Positions 15,896-24,795 are shown, numbered from the stretch's first letter. The stretch: DNA of 28,184 nt from a virus (IMGVR_UViG_3300044266_000272:1-28184), one strand, 5' to 3'. Notes: generated by a model from the letters alone, not told the origin. Translations and numbers: made by a program.

Positions 15896-17208
15896 TACTT
15901 CCAATCGGTACAATACCCATGTTTTTTGATCCTGGTCAAACCCTTTTCACATCTTTCACCAATGTCAGTACGGTATTGTGGATCGTTACCTAACTTTACC
16001 ATTTTTACATGCTTGTAAGCCATATCTTTGGCTTCTGAGATTGATTTACCTGTACCAGTCAATACGATGATGTAAGAACCTGCAGTACCAAGTTCTGGTA
16101 TATTCTCACATAGTTCACCATCAATCATCTTCATTGTCTTAGATAATTTCATTTCACATGGATGTAGATTCTTTGCCGGAATATCATCTGTCAATACAGG
16201 GAAATCCAAGTAATCATCTTCTTCACGTTTGTTGAATGGGAAATCTCCGTTGGCCATAACAACACCAACACAAGTTTCATATTCAACTTCTAATGTATTT
16301 TTACCTTTGATGCAATCGAGCATCCATTCAGCAGGATCTTCGTTCTTCATCAAAGGTTGCATAATGTTCCACATTGGATAACCTGGTCGAGCAGTCCATT
16401 CCATTGGCCATGGTGTACCATCTTTTTCATCGATGATGCAATTCATGTCCAACATACCAACATAACCAATCTTCTTCAATTCTTTTTCCATTGGTTTCAT
16501 TAGTATATCAGCAATTTTAGATTCTTTGGTATAACGAGTAACAGTACCCATTTCACCTGTATTCACACCTAAGTCGCCATTCATCTGCTTCTTAAATTCC
16601 CAACCTTCACACCAGAAATCCATCCAACCTGCGGGACCGAAAATACCAGTACATGCAATTTCTGTACCAGCTTTAAATTCTTGTAGAATGAAATAAGGTG
16701 AACCACCTTTACCTGACTCTTTACGTTTTGTCAAGAATCCAATAAGGTCTGCCTCATCTTTGGCAACATATGAAAGTGTTTTATCTTCTTCTTCACCACA
16801 TGGTTTGCAAACATAACGCTTTGGGTTCTCTTTAATGAACTTGATAGCGGCATCGTAGTTTTTGAATTCGTGGGAAGGAATGATTGGACCACCAAATGCC
16901 TTGATGACATTTTGACCATACATGCGGTCCAGTTCCAATTTAGCAGATTTTTTACCTGGTCCAAATACTGGATAACCTTCATCGATTAGATTTTGGATTT
17001 CATCCATAAACTCTAGGTTGTCTGCGGAGAAGATTAAGTCAGCAACTCTTACATAAGGTCTCCAATTGTCTACCTTATCGACCAGGCCTTCTCCAATGTG
17101 TTTGGCACGACTGCCTTTGGTGTAGAGTTTAACAGTATGTCCAGCTGCTATACAACGGAGACACCAATCAAGAGTAAGACCGCTCGGGTCAATGACTAGA
17201 ATAAGCAT
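15892..17208 (-). CDS. PurD-like ATP-grasp ligase (divergent phosphoribosylamine-glycine ligase homolog)
   Basis: PVFGP.KKSAKLE, ILQEFKAGTE, NGDLGVNTGEMG, YVGML, EWTARPGYP, YRTDIG. Confidence 0.8.
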   Translation of the reverse strand: MLILVIDPSGLTLDWCLRCIAAGHTVKLYTKGSRAKHIGEGLVDKVDNWRPYVRVADLIFSADNLEFMDEIQNLIDEGYPVFGPGKKSAKLELDRMYGQNVIKAFGGPIIPSHEFKNYDAAIKFIKENPKRYVCKPCGEEEDKTLSYVAKDEADLIGFLTKRKESGKGGSPYFILQEFKAGTEIACTGIFGPAGWMDFWCEGWEFKKQMNGDLGVNTGEMGTVTRYTKESKIADILMKPMEKELKKIGYVGMLDMNCIIDEKDGTPWPMEWTARPGYPMWNIMQPLMKNEDPAEWMLDCIKGKNTLEVEYETCVGVVMANGDFPFNKREEDDYLDFPVLTDDIPAKNLHPCEMKLSKTMKMIDGELCENIPELGTAGSYIIVLTGTGKSISEAKDMAYKHVKMVKLGNDPQYRTDIGERCEKGLTRIKKHGYCTDWKY

Positions 17209-17245
17209 GAAAAATCCTAATAAAGGTTAAATGATATCCCTTTAT

Positions 17246-17503
17246 TTATTCTTTCGGGATTGGTGTTCCTGCAAATAACTTTTCAGTATATTCGTCTAAA
17301 TCTTCATCAACTAATGTAAGGCCAGGTACAGTTCTTTCAAGTGAGATATATCTATCATCACGGATATATCCCGACATTTGTAAAAATTTTGTAATATTAC
17401 CAAGAATATGATTCATATCTTCCGTCTCAAATTCTTGGGTAATTTTAGAGGCCCCTCCAAAGGGAATGGCCTCATCTTCACATATTAACTTGAAGTAACT
17501 CAT
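17246..17503 (-). CDS. Hypothetical protein
   Basis: 85-aa ORF with ATGA overlap; ITQEFE...FLQMSGY. Confidence 0.7.
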   Translation of the reverse strand: MSYFKLICEDEAIPFGGASKITQEFETEDMNHILGNITKFLQMSGYIRDDRYISLERTVPGLTLVDEDLDEYTEKLFAGTPIPKE

Positions 17504-17799
17504 AGTTTTGGAATAGAAGCCAATACATCATCAACAGGTGGTTTTTCTTTCTTGTTTGAAGCAATGCGCCCATTGATACGAGCAACATCTTCAGCAGATA
17601 CGGTTTGTAAAGCAAATTGCTTAAACAAAGTATAAGAATCTTTTACCTTCATTGAACGCTTACCGCCTACTGCCGCAGAATCGGGGAAAAATAATTCACA
17701 ACCACCGCTTCGTAGTGGTGCAATTTCCATTACAGTATCCAAATTAATAATAACTTTACAACCTTTTTCTGTATCATCTACTTCAACAAATAACGACAT
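17500..17799 (-). CDS. Hypothetical protein
   Basis: Start placed at MSLFVEV after SD AAGGAG. Confidence 0.7.
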   Translation of the reverse strand: MSLFVEVDDTEKGCKVIINLDTVMEIAPLRSGGCELFFPDSAAVGGKRSMKVKDSYTLFKQFALQTVSAEDVARINGRIASNKKEKPPVDDVLASIPKL

Positions 17800-17800
17800 T

Positions 17801-17959
17801 TTATTCTCCTTTAGGTTCACGAATTTTAGCTAACTTAGCATTCTTTTCAGCAACTTCAGCCTGAATCATCATCTTTTTCCAATGGCCACGCTTATCTTTA
17901 GGTAGGCCAGCAAGGATCCGCTTGGTTTCTTTACTAAGTTTAAAATCTTTATTTGTCAT
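17801..17959 (-). CDS. Small basic conserved phage protein, 52 aa (MTNKDFKLSKETKRILA...)
   Basis: Manual translation; fills the gap exactly; SD GAGGA. Confidence 0.7.
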   Translation of the reverse strand: MTNKDFKLSKETKRILAGLPKDKRGHWKKMMIQAEVAEKNAKLAKIREPKGE

Positions 17960-18221
17960 TTTTTCCTCTATCACAATCTTCTACACGAATTAAATATACT
18001 GTATTGGTGGCAGGTCGAACAAAATAACATTCGCCTTTGATACTCCATACTAAATGATTTTGAATACCGCCTTTGTATTCTGTGAGTGGTGGGTTCTCCA
18101 TCAAAGCAGCAATACCAGCAATGAAGAATGAACCAAGAATCACACCTATGAAATAGGCAGCAACATTAAACGATTTGATTTTATCCAATAATTTTGTGAA
18201 CATCAATAATTCCTTTATCAA
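17949..18221 (-). CDS. Hypothetical membrane protein; start may be 18203
   Basis: One hydrophobic helix; tightly packed with neighbours. Confidence 0.65.
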   Translation of the reverse strand: MIKELLMFTKLLDKIKSFNVAAYFIGVILGSFFIAGIAALMENPPLTEYKGGIQNHLVWSIKGECYFVRPATNTVYLIRVEDCDRGKNDK

Positions 18222-18432
18222 TTAAGTAACCTAGTGTAACAACAAAAGTTATTCCTGTCAAGAAATATTTGGTAAACATTTCTGCTCGTTCTTTCCAGTA
18301 TTTCATTACCATATTATCCATTTCGTATTGTGCCATCACCATATCTGGTACATCAGGTTGCATAGCCATCACCGTTTTTAATGATGATTCTACCTGTTTG
18401 ATTGATTGCCAATACTTGTAATAAGAAATCAT
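18181..18432 (-). CDS. Hypothetical membrane protein
   Basis: C-terminal hydrophobic helix; ATGA overlap. Confidence 0.6.
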   Translation of the reverse strand: MISYYKYWQSIKQVESSLKTVMAMQPDVPDMVMAQYEMDNMVMKYWKERAEMFTKYFLTGITFVVTLGYLIDKGIIDVHKIIG

Positions 18433-18698
18433 AAACGACCTTCATCTTCTAAAAGTTTATCTACAATATAACCTTCAAGTTTTTGTATTCTGGCTCGTGC
18501 TTCTGCCAACGAAAATCGGTATCTATCAAGTTCTTCCATACTTTCTATCCAACCTTTTGCTTTCATTACATGAGTTGTACCAGCATGGCTGATACCAATA
18601 CCTTCACCTTCTTTGGTAACAAATACTGTTCCCATTCCATCTTCGGAATCCCATAATGGTTTGTCGGTGTTTTCTACTGCTCTCATAATTAATCCCAA
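18429..18698 (-). CDS. Hypothetical protein; start may be 18686
   Basis: ORF in a packed operon. Confidence 0.6.
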   Translation of the reverse strand: MGLIMRAVENTDKPLWDSEDGMGTVFVTKEGEGIGISHAGTTHVMKAKGWIESMEELDRYRFSLAEARARIQKLEGYIVDKLLEDEGRL

Positions 18699-18711
18699 AA
18701 AGTAACATAAA

Positions 18712-18719
18712 TATAAATA
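18712..18719 (+). promoter_or_regulatory. T4-type late promoter for the antisense homing endonuclease
   Basis: Exact TATAAATA 5 nt before ATG 18725. Confidence 0.75.
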
Positions 18720-18724
18720 CTATC

Positions 18725-19360
18725 ATGATTATATACACTATCTACAAATCTGTCAATACCAAAACTGGTAAAGTTTATATTGGATTTGATTCCAAGTGGC
18801 CAAACCGTGTCAAAATACATAAATCATCATACCAGAAACAAGATTATAAATTCTACCGAGCTATTTGTAAATACGGGTGGGATAATTTTGAATGGTCGGT
18901 AGTATATCAATCAAAAGAAAAAGAACACACATTGAAAGAAATGGAATCATATTTTATAGAACAATATGATTCTTTTCACAATGGTTACAATTCAACATTG
19001 GGTGGCGATGGAACTTTTGGTTTAATTTTATCTGAAGAATCCAGAAAAAAAATAAGTCAAGGCAATAAAGTTTCAAAACCACATACAGCAGAGCATAATA
19101 AAAAAATTGGTGATGCACAACGAGGTAAAAAACGAGGACCTCTTACTAAAGAACACAAATCAAAAATTTCAAAAAAAACAAAAGGCATATCTAAAACGTT
19201 TACTGAAGAACATAAAAAGAATCTAAAGTGCCATCAAAACAATTTAATTAAGGTTTCTTGTCCACATTGTAATAAGATTGGTCAATTAACTAATATGAAA
19301 CGATGGCACTTTGATAAATGTAAACTAGTCCCACAGGCAGCTATAATACTTCCCAAATAA
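18725..19360 (+). CDS. GIY-YIG homing endonuclease with NUMOD3-like repeats and a C-terminal CPHC zinc-finger-like module
   Basis: TIYKSVN..TGKVYIG, R...H, AI.KYGWDNF, E..FI..YDS...GYNST.GG; the only + strand gene in a - strand block. Confidence 0.9.
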   Translation: MIIYTIYKSVNTKTGKVYIGFDSKWPNRVKIHKSSYQKQDYKFYRAICKYGWDNFEWSVVYQSKEKEHTLKEMESYFIEQYDSFHNGYNSTLGGDGTFGLILSEESRKKISQGNKVSKPHTAEHNKKIGDAQRGKKRGPLTKEHKSKISKKTKGISKTFTEEHKKNLKCHQNNLIKVSCPHCNKIGQLTNMKRWHFDKCKLVPQAAIILPK

Positions 19361-19972
19361 TCTAAAACCATTTTCCATACGGTCATGGTACTTTGTTAAA
19401 CCTTCACGGTCAACTTTCATCTTCTTCATCGTTTCGTTAAAATCACTATAATCACCACATTCAGAATGGTCAAAAAATTGATTCTCAGCATCATCATCCA
19501 ACTTTTGTTCAAATGCCCAAATCATTTCATTGAGAATCCAATTCCAACGGCCTTCTGCACCGTTATCCCAACTATATTCATCATCAGGAGGATTATTCTT
19601 GGAACTAAATTCATCAGGTGCATCCTCATCTTTAGTGAGAGGATAACCATGTTTAATTTCACGCAACCGTTTCAACATAGGCACAATGATATGTGCCAAG
19701 GTGTGATCCATTGACCAAACATCATAATGGTCAATCTTCACATAACGAATTGGTCTATCAATTCTACTCCACACCCAACGAATTGCTTCAGATAAAGGCT
19801 TGAGTTTCTTGGCCAAATTATCCGCCCATTCAGGTGAATCTACCCAATCTTTATCTTCGACAATCCATTTGTTACGGGAACATTTAGACCAATCAGTCCA
19901 AAAGAACATATAATCAACAATAGTAATCGGAGAAATCCAATGGTCTTTGTAACCGTTAATGTATACTTTCAT
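19325..19972 (-). CDS. Conserved hypothetical T4-like phage protein
   Basis: IDHYDVWSMDHTLAHII.PML..L...KHGYP, W.WILNEMIWAFE, GFRLFGKYY..LWD. Confidence 0.75.
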   Translation of the reverse strand: MKVYINGYKDHWISPITIVDYMFFWTDWSKCSRNKWIVEDKDWVDSPEWADNLAKKLKPLSEAIRWVWSRIDRPIRYVKIDHYDVWSMDHTLAHIIVPMLKRLREIKHGYPLTKDEDAPDEFSSKNNPPDDEYSWDNGAEGRWNWILNEMIWAFEQKLDDDAENQFFDHSECGDYSDFNETMKKMKVDREGLTKYHDRMENGFRLFGKYYSCLWD

Positions 19973-20914
19973 TTATACCTCAAAACATTTTAATTGAAAA
20001 TAATCTGCTCTCTGCTCGTAACCATCATAACCACGAGGATTACAAACCACTCTGGTAGAACCAATCATGTAATCAAAGTCCTCATGAGTATGACCATGAG
20101 TCCACAATTTGATTTGTGGTCGATCCAAAATGAACTGAGTTAAATCACTAGTATAACCACCATTCATCAACTCACTATTTGCATACTTTGGATGAATACT
20201 CATAGGCGATGGAGTATGATGGGTGCAAACCACAAACTTCTTGTCATGTTGACCTTCTGTTACATGGCGGATAAAGTCCAGCATCTTTTTGTGGTCTTCC
20301 ATAGCATCTTCAGGACTAAACTTAGAAACTTCTTCCTTGAATTTAAATCCATTAGGTACCAAGTTACCTTTTTCATCTTTGATATACATGCTGCCGTTCT
20401 TACCATCTTCGGTGTAGAGTAAATTCTCCTGATATAACGGAACTTTACGGTTCACCATACGATTAGAATTCTTCACAACTTGAAAATCACTCATGCCATC
20501 TTTGATGTGATGCATAGTGAATGTATCACCTTTATTCATATCGGTCCACAATGTACCACCTACGAATGTTACCTCATCAAATAATGTCCATGTTTCTTTT
20601 TCTAGTACCTGAAGATTGGGTAAATACTTCAGCATCTTCTTTAAATGAGATACAGTATATTTGAAATCATAATGATAATGCTCATGGTTACCCACCACAT
20701 ACACAACATGGGGGAATTTATTACAAACATCATAGAAGAAATTATGTATGCGTTCACTCTTTGCAGAGCCTTGCATTGGAGGACTATCATGTTCCAATAA
20801 ATCGTGAGCCACACAGACATCACCAGAAAGAACCAATACAACAGCACCCATCGTATTCTCAAATACAACGGGACCAAATTCTAAGTGAACATCTGATGCA
20901 ACTGCAATTTTCAT
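19973..20914 (-). CDS. Calcineurin-like metallophosphoesterase
   Basis: SDVHLE, LSGD, GNHE, GGTLWTD, THH.P, WTHGHTH, CNPRGY. Confidence 0.92.
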   Translation of the reverse strand: MKIAVASDVHLEFGPVVFENTMGAVVLVLSGDVCVAHDLLEHDSPPMQGSAKSERIHNFFYDVCNKFPHVVYVVGNHEHYHYDFKYTVSHLKKMLKYLPNLQVLEKETWTLFDEVTFVGGTLWTDMNKGDTFTMHHIKDGMSDFQVVKNSNRMVNRKVPLYQENLLYTEDGKNGSMYIKDEKGNLVPNGFKFKEEVSKFSPEDAMEDHKKMLDFIRHVTEGQHDKKFVVCTHHTPSPMSIHPKYANSELMNGGYTSDLTQFILDRPQIKLWTHGHTHEDFDYMIGSTRVVCNPRGYDGYEQRADYFQLKCFEV

Positions 20915-21123
20915 TTGATATAATTTTCTCGTTTAAGTTTTTCTTTTTCATCCACATGCCAAGCACAGAGGTCTTTATAATATTCTACCTGATGCTCTAA
21001 TTCCTCAACTTGATTAGTAAGCACCTCAACAATAGGCCGATTATCTTTTCTTCTATGTGAAATTAGAATACCAAATAGAATTCCCACAAAGAACCAAATA
21101 ATATCACTCATATTTCCAAACAT
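20911..21123 (-). CDS. Hypothetical membrane-anchored coiled-coil protein
   Basis: N-terminal hydrophobic helix followed by a heptad pattern. Confidence 0.6.
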   Translation of the reverse strand: MFGNMSDIIWFFVGILFGILISHRRKDNRPIVEVLTNQVEELEHQVEYYKDLCAWHVDEKEKLKRENYIK

Positions 21124-21404
21124 TAGTGTAAAATATCCTTGTTTTCTTCTTGTTCATTTAAAACTTGTTCAGGTGATTTTAACAACTGAATCCAGTCCTC
21201 ACGATAGTTACCCATCTTGGCCATCCATGTCAATCGTGCCAACATGATTGCACTTAAATTCAAACCATGCAATTCATACGCATTCATCCACTTCATCAAT
21301 GCAATATCAATATCTTCAACTAAAGTGGCCAATGTTGCATCATTATCAATTTTTTCCATTACCATCATCTTTCCATAGTTTTTGGCATTTATCTTTAGTT
21401 GCAC
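21123..21404 (-). CDS. Hypothetical protein; true start probably nearer 21360-21371
   Basis: ORF in a packed operon. Confidence 0.55.
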   Translation of the reverse strand: MQLKINAKNYGKMMVMEKIDNDATLATLVEDIDIALMKWMNAYELHGLNLSAIMLARLTWMAKMGNYREDWIQLLKSPEQVLNEQEENKDILH

Positions 21405-21669
21405 CTTCGGTGTATTTCATACAATCTTCAATGAACTCAGCAGGTGCAATATCTGCCTGCGAGGTGATGCCATTAGAAGCAATAGAAGTAGATTGTGCAG
21501 GTAACAAAAACACATACACACAAGCAACGATGGCTGCACCAGCTACGATGTAACGCCAGTAGATACCAATTACAACGATTGCAATAGCTGCCAAAAATAC
21601 ATATTGCAATACTTTAGTGGTAATACCAATAGCGGCTAAATTGTCAAGTAGTTCCATAATCAATCTCAA
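21346..21669 (-). CDS. Hypothetical membrane protein
   Basis: Two hydrophobic helices and a C-terminal Cys pair. Confidence 0.65.
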   Translation of the reverse strand: MRLIMELLDNLAAIGITTKVLQYVFLAAIAIVVIGIYWRYIVAGAAIVACVYVFLLPAQSTSIASNGITSQADIAPAEFIEDCMKYTEGATKDKCQKLWKDDGNGKN

Positions 21670-21896
21670 TAAGCGTCACAACGAACATCAACAGGTACCA
21701 ATACTTTGCCACCAGTATCAACTTTCATGGCAACATATTCAGTAGTCGGTCTTAATTTGGCACGGAGACATTCACGAGCCGCATTGATAACTTCATTACG
21801 ACCGAGAACTTCGGGGCCTTCATAACCTTTTACTTTGTAAGTGGTAGAACAGGCAGTCAAAGACAACAGGGATAATACTAACAGAACTTTTTTCAT
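21666..21896 (-). CDS. Putative lipoprotein
   Basis: MKKVLLVLSLLSLTAC signal with lipobox. Confidence 0.7.
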   Translation of the reverse strand: MKKVLLVLSLLSLTACSTTYKVKGYEGPEVLGRNEVINAARECLRAKLRPTTEYVAMKVDTGGKVLVPVDVRCDAY

Positions 21897-22093
21897 TTTT
21901 TCTCCATAATATACTTAATTAATTCATTCGCTTTTGATAAATCAGATTTCTCCACAGCTTCATCAATCATCTTCAATTGTAATTCGTGAAGTGCCTGACC
22001 ATGTGTCCAACTAATTAAAAATTTTTGAGCCTCAACCTTATCGGTAAAGGTTTTAATTGGAACACCATTTGTATGAACAGTATAAGTTTGCAT
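21893..22093 (-). CDS. Hypothetical protein
   Basis: ORF overlapping both neighbours. Confidence 0.6.
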   Translation of the reverse strand: MQTYTVHTNGVPIKTFTDKVEAQKFLISWTHGQALHELQLKMIDEAVEKSDLSKANELIKYIMEKK

Positions 22094-22227
22094 TATTTTC
22101 CTGTGTCCACTTTTACTGATACATTTTTCAATGTTTCAATGCCACCGTCTAATGCTTTTGCTACACCAGTAAAACCCATTGTTGCAACAAAAAAACCTAA
22201 AATACAACCGAGAATAAAATTAAACAT
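22093..22227 (-). CDS. Small membrane protein, 44 aa (MLNFILGCILGFFVATMG...)
   Basis: Manual translation; SD AGGA; TAATG overlap with the next gene. Confidence 0.65.
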   Translation of the reverse strand: MFNFILGCILGFFVATMGFTGVAKALDGGIETLKNVSVKVDTGK

Positions 22228-22253
22228 AATATTTCCTGACTAACTAAAATACC

Positions 22254-22305
22254 ATTATAACACAGCCACGGATGGTGTCAACCATAGTGTTGTTTTTAAG
22301 CAACA
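22254..22305 (-). promoter_or_regulatory. Early sigma70 promoter with upstream palindrome
   Basis: TTGACA-16 nt-TATAAT (22281-22254); TGTTG-N8-CAACA at 22288-22305. Confidence 0.75.
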
Positions 22306-22514
22306 CAAATCAACTTACCAATACCAACATACTCCTCAATAGCGTGTTTCAACTGCTTAGGAGACGCCTTAGGTGCAATAAACACATAGTCCAACTCAGG
22401 ATTCACATCATTGTCCGACAGCGCCTGGTTGAGGTATAGGACCGCTTCCCGTGCGTCATCAAATTCTTTCATGCCTGTATTATTAAACAACTTTGGCTTT
22501 GCAATATATTTCAT
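22296..22514 (-). CDS. Hypothetical protein
   Basis: ORF with SD AAGGA. Confidence 0.65.
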   Translation of the reverse strand: MKYIAKPKLFNNTGMKEFDDAREAVLYLNQALSDNDVNPELDYVFIAPKASPKQLKHAIEEYVGIGKLICVA

Positions 22515-22585
22515 TTTTATTTTCCTTGAGAGGGGGTGCCACCGACTTACGGCGCTTCACAGCGAGCTGCGATGGCATAAAACGA

Positions 22586-22924
22586 TTAGGCTGTTACGGC
22601 TTGACCAACAACTTTATTGGCAGTCTCTACAACTTTAACGCCAACGGCTTTTGGTGAACCATTGTAACGACCATTTGCATCGAACTGGTCAAAGTTAACC
22701 AATTGATACGCCTGAACCTTACGGCCATTCTTGATAACTTTTACAATGCCGCCATCTTTGCGGATGTTGTAAATGTTGGTTGATAAACGATACAGCACGG
22801 ACTCTTGGTCAGTACCAACGAATACTGCTTTGATTTCATCTGGTGTTACTGGCTTACCAGATAACAACACTTGGGTAATTTTCTCATGACGGTTTACCTT
22901 ACCTTTACGAACTGTTAATGCCAT
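22586..22924 (-). CDS. Putative winged helix-turn-helix DNA-binding protein
   Basis: Basic protein; helix-VTPDEI-helix(LSTNIYNIRKDG)-beta hairpin(VIKNGRKVQAYQLV) pattern; SD AGGAG. Confidence 0.55.
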   Translation of the reverse strand: MALTVRKGKVNRHEKITQVLLSGKPVTPDEIKAVFVGTDQESVLYRLSTNIYNIRKDGGIVKVIKNGRKVQAYQLVNFDQFDANGRYNGSPKAVGVKVVETANKVVGQAVTA

Positions 22925-23057
22925 TGTAATACTCCTATCAAATTAAACATAATAAAATGCTGGTTTTATTTTATAGTCAAAAACCAGCAAAAGTAGACTG
23001 CAAGTTTTACAGGGTTCATGGTACCTGAAGGATGGCAACACCCTTACCATTTTAACC

Positions 23058-23086
23058 ATTGTATCACACTTGTGGTTGGTTGGCAA
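23058..23086 (-). promoter_or_regulatory. Sigma70-type promoter for the wHTH gene
   Basis: TTGCCA-17 nt-TACAAT with extended -10 TG. Confidence 0.7.
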
Positions 23087-24236
23087 CATCCGATGTGGTA
23101 GAAATGGTACTTGTATTCGCAGGTGATTCTACCGAACTATCAACTTTAGAATACAAATCTAAGAATGCCATTTTGGTTTCTTCGTCAAAACGATTCACAC
23201 ACAAGGTAATTGCCTTCATACGGTCTTTGAAGATACCGAATGCTTTAGCAATATGTACCAAACGGCGAGTAGAAATAATTTCGTCAGTAGCACCTTCAAG
23301 GTACGATTTACGAACCACATCCGCCCATTGGCAAAGGTTATCAACAAAATCCTTGTCATCAATCAATGGTGTAAGAATCTTTTTCTCAGTCTTGGCATCA
23401 GGATATTCCTGTTCTACCGTGATTGGGAAACGCTCTAGGAACGCATCGTCAAGAATCTGTGAGAGATACTTGCCTTCGTCACTACCACGACCTTTGGTGT
23501 TGGCGGTCGCAACGATGGTGAAGCCGTCCGCTGGGTATACCATTTCACCAGATTTCTTATTGTAATGTGGTTTGCCTTCCATAATGCCTTGCAAGCACAT
23601 TAGTTTATTAGAACCACGGTCAACTTCGTCAATCAATAGAACGGCGCCACGCTTCATAGCAATCAATACGGGACCATCACGATTGACCACATTACCATTG
23701 ACCAATGTAGGACCGCCAAGCAGGTCGCTCTCATCAGTTTCAACGGAGATATTGACACGGATACATTCACGATTCAATTCAGCACACACTTGCTCGACCA
23801 TCAAGGTCTTGCCGTTGCCAGATAAACCAGTCACAAAGATTGGATAGAATGCCTTAGAAGAAATAATATTCTTCATATCTTTGTAAAAGCCAAACGGAAC
23901 ATAATCAGGCCATTTTTGTGGTACTGATGGTTCAGAATCATCTACCAGTTTTGGTTGGCGGAACTCTAACACTTGTGCCGTGTTAGTTTGATATGCCACT
24001 TCAACTTCAGGTTCGGACTTTACAATCTTTTCAGATTTCTTTACAATCTTTTCACCGGATGGTGGTACCTTGTATTGGCCACGGTCGTAGCGATACTGTG
24101 TCTTAGTAACCAACCAATATGGATACGGTGCACCAGATTCGTTTACAACTTTGGTAATATCATCACGATTGATTACTGCTTCAGAACCAAAGATAGATTC
24201 ACAAGCGGTAATAAACGATTTTGCATTTTTATTCAT
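23064..24236 (-). CDS. cobS: MoxR/CbbQ-type AAA+ ATPase (phage CobS-like)
   Basis: Walker A GLSGNGKT, Walker B LLIDEVD, TANTKGRG, LDDAFLERF, ISTRRLVHI. Confidence 0.88.
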   Translation of the reverse strand: MNKNAKSFITACESIFGSEAVINRDDITKVVNESGAPYPYWLVTKTQYRYDRGQYKVPPSGEKIVKKSEKIVKSEPEVEVAYQTNTAQVLEFRQPKLVDDSEPSVPQKWPDYVPFGFYKDMKNIISSKAFYPIFVTGLSGNGKTLMVEQVCAELNRECIRVNISVETDESDLLGGPTLVNGNVVNRDGPVLIAMKRGAVLLIDEVDRGSNKLMCLQGIMEGKPHYNKKSGEMVYPADGFTIVATANTKGRGSDEGKYLSQILDDAFLERFPITVEQEYPDAKTEKKILTPLIDDKDFVDNLCQWADVVRKSYLEGATDEIISTRRLVHIAKAFGIFKDRMKAITLCVNRFDEETKMAFLDLYSKVDSSVESPANTSTISTTSDVANQPQV

Positions 24237-24400
24237 ACTGTTTCCTTAAATGACTGCATCCATAACGATAAAATATTTTTTGCTTCATGCCTAGTAACAT
24301 CAAAGGCCGATTCCAGATAAGGTGCGGCACCAAACATATTGGTCACACCAGATTCACGCAAAGTATTTAAATATTCAAATTCTTCAAAGTATTTTTCCAT
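24233..24400 (-). CDS. Small conserved phage protein, 55 aa (LRESGVTNMFGAAPYL motif)
   Basis: Manual translation; ATGA overlap with the ATPase. Confidence 0.7.
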   Translation of the reverse strand: MEKYFEEFEYLNTLRESGVTNMFGAAPYLESAFDVTRHEAKNILSLWMQSFKETV

Positions 24401-24402
24401 AA

Positions 24403-24618
24403 TTAATCCAATAAAATAAAATATTCTTTAGGGAAGTGTTTCATAAACCAATCCAAACCTTTACGAACACCAGCATAGTCACCAAACATTTCACAACCTT
24501 TGATGGTATCATACACAGCAACTGCTTCAGGTGCCAGCATTACTGATTCACCAGAAAACGGATTGGTAATCAATTCAGATTCAGTACCAACAAAAATATC
24601 TTTATACGGCAGTTTCAT
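24403..24618 (-). CDS. Conserved hypothetical phage protein
   Basis: NPFSGES..L.PEAVAVYD.IKG.E...GLDWF..HFPKEY..LLD. Confidence 0.7.
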   Translation of the reverse strand: MKLPYKDIFVGTESELITNPFSGESVMLAPEAVAVYDTIKGCEMFGDYAGVRKGLDWFMKHFPKEYFILLD

Positions 24619-24787
24619 TTGTCACCTCACAATAATAATCAATTAATGCGTCATCTGTCATTTCAAGACAACGCTCTTCTAACAACTCACGACACAAACA
24701 AACTAAATCACGCTTTTTCATCTTACGAATGCTTTGCATTTCTGCATCAACAATTGTATTGATGGCATCTTTCAACTGTATTTTCAT
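24602..24787 (-). CDS. Hypothetical protein, probably on a near-leaderless transcript
   Basis: ATG lies 8 nt after the -10 box. Confidence 0.6.
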   Translation of the reverse strand: MKIQLKDAINTIVDAEMQSIRKMKKRDLVCLCRELLEERCLEMTDDALIDYYCEVTNETAV

Positions 24788-24795
24788 AATGTACC

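Noticed and set aside
23059-24320. + strand ORFs opposite the ATPase
   Set aside because: Antisense shadows of a well-supported gene.
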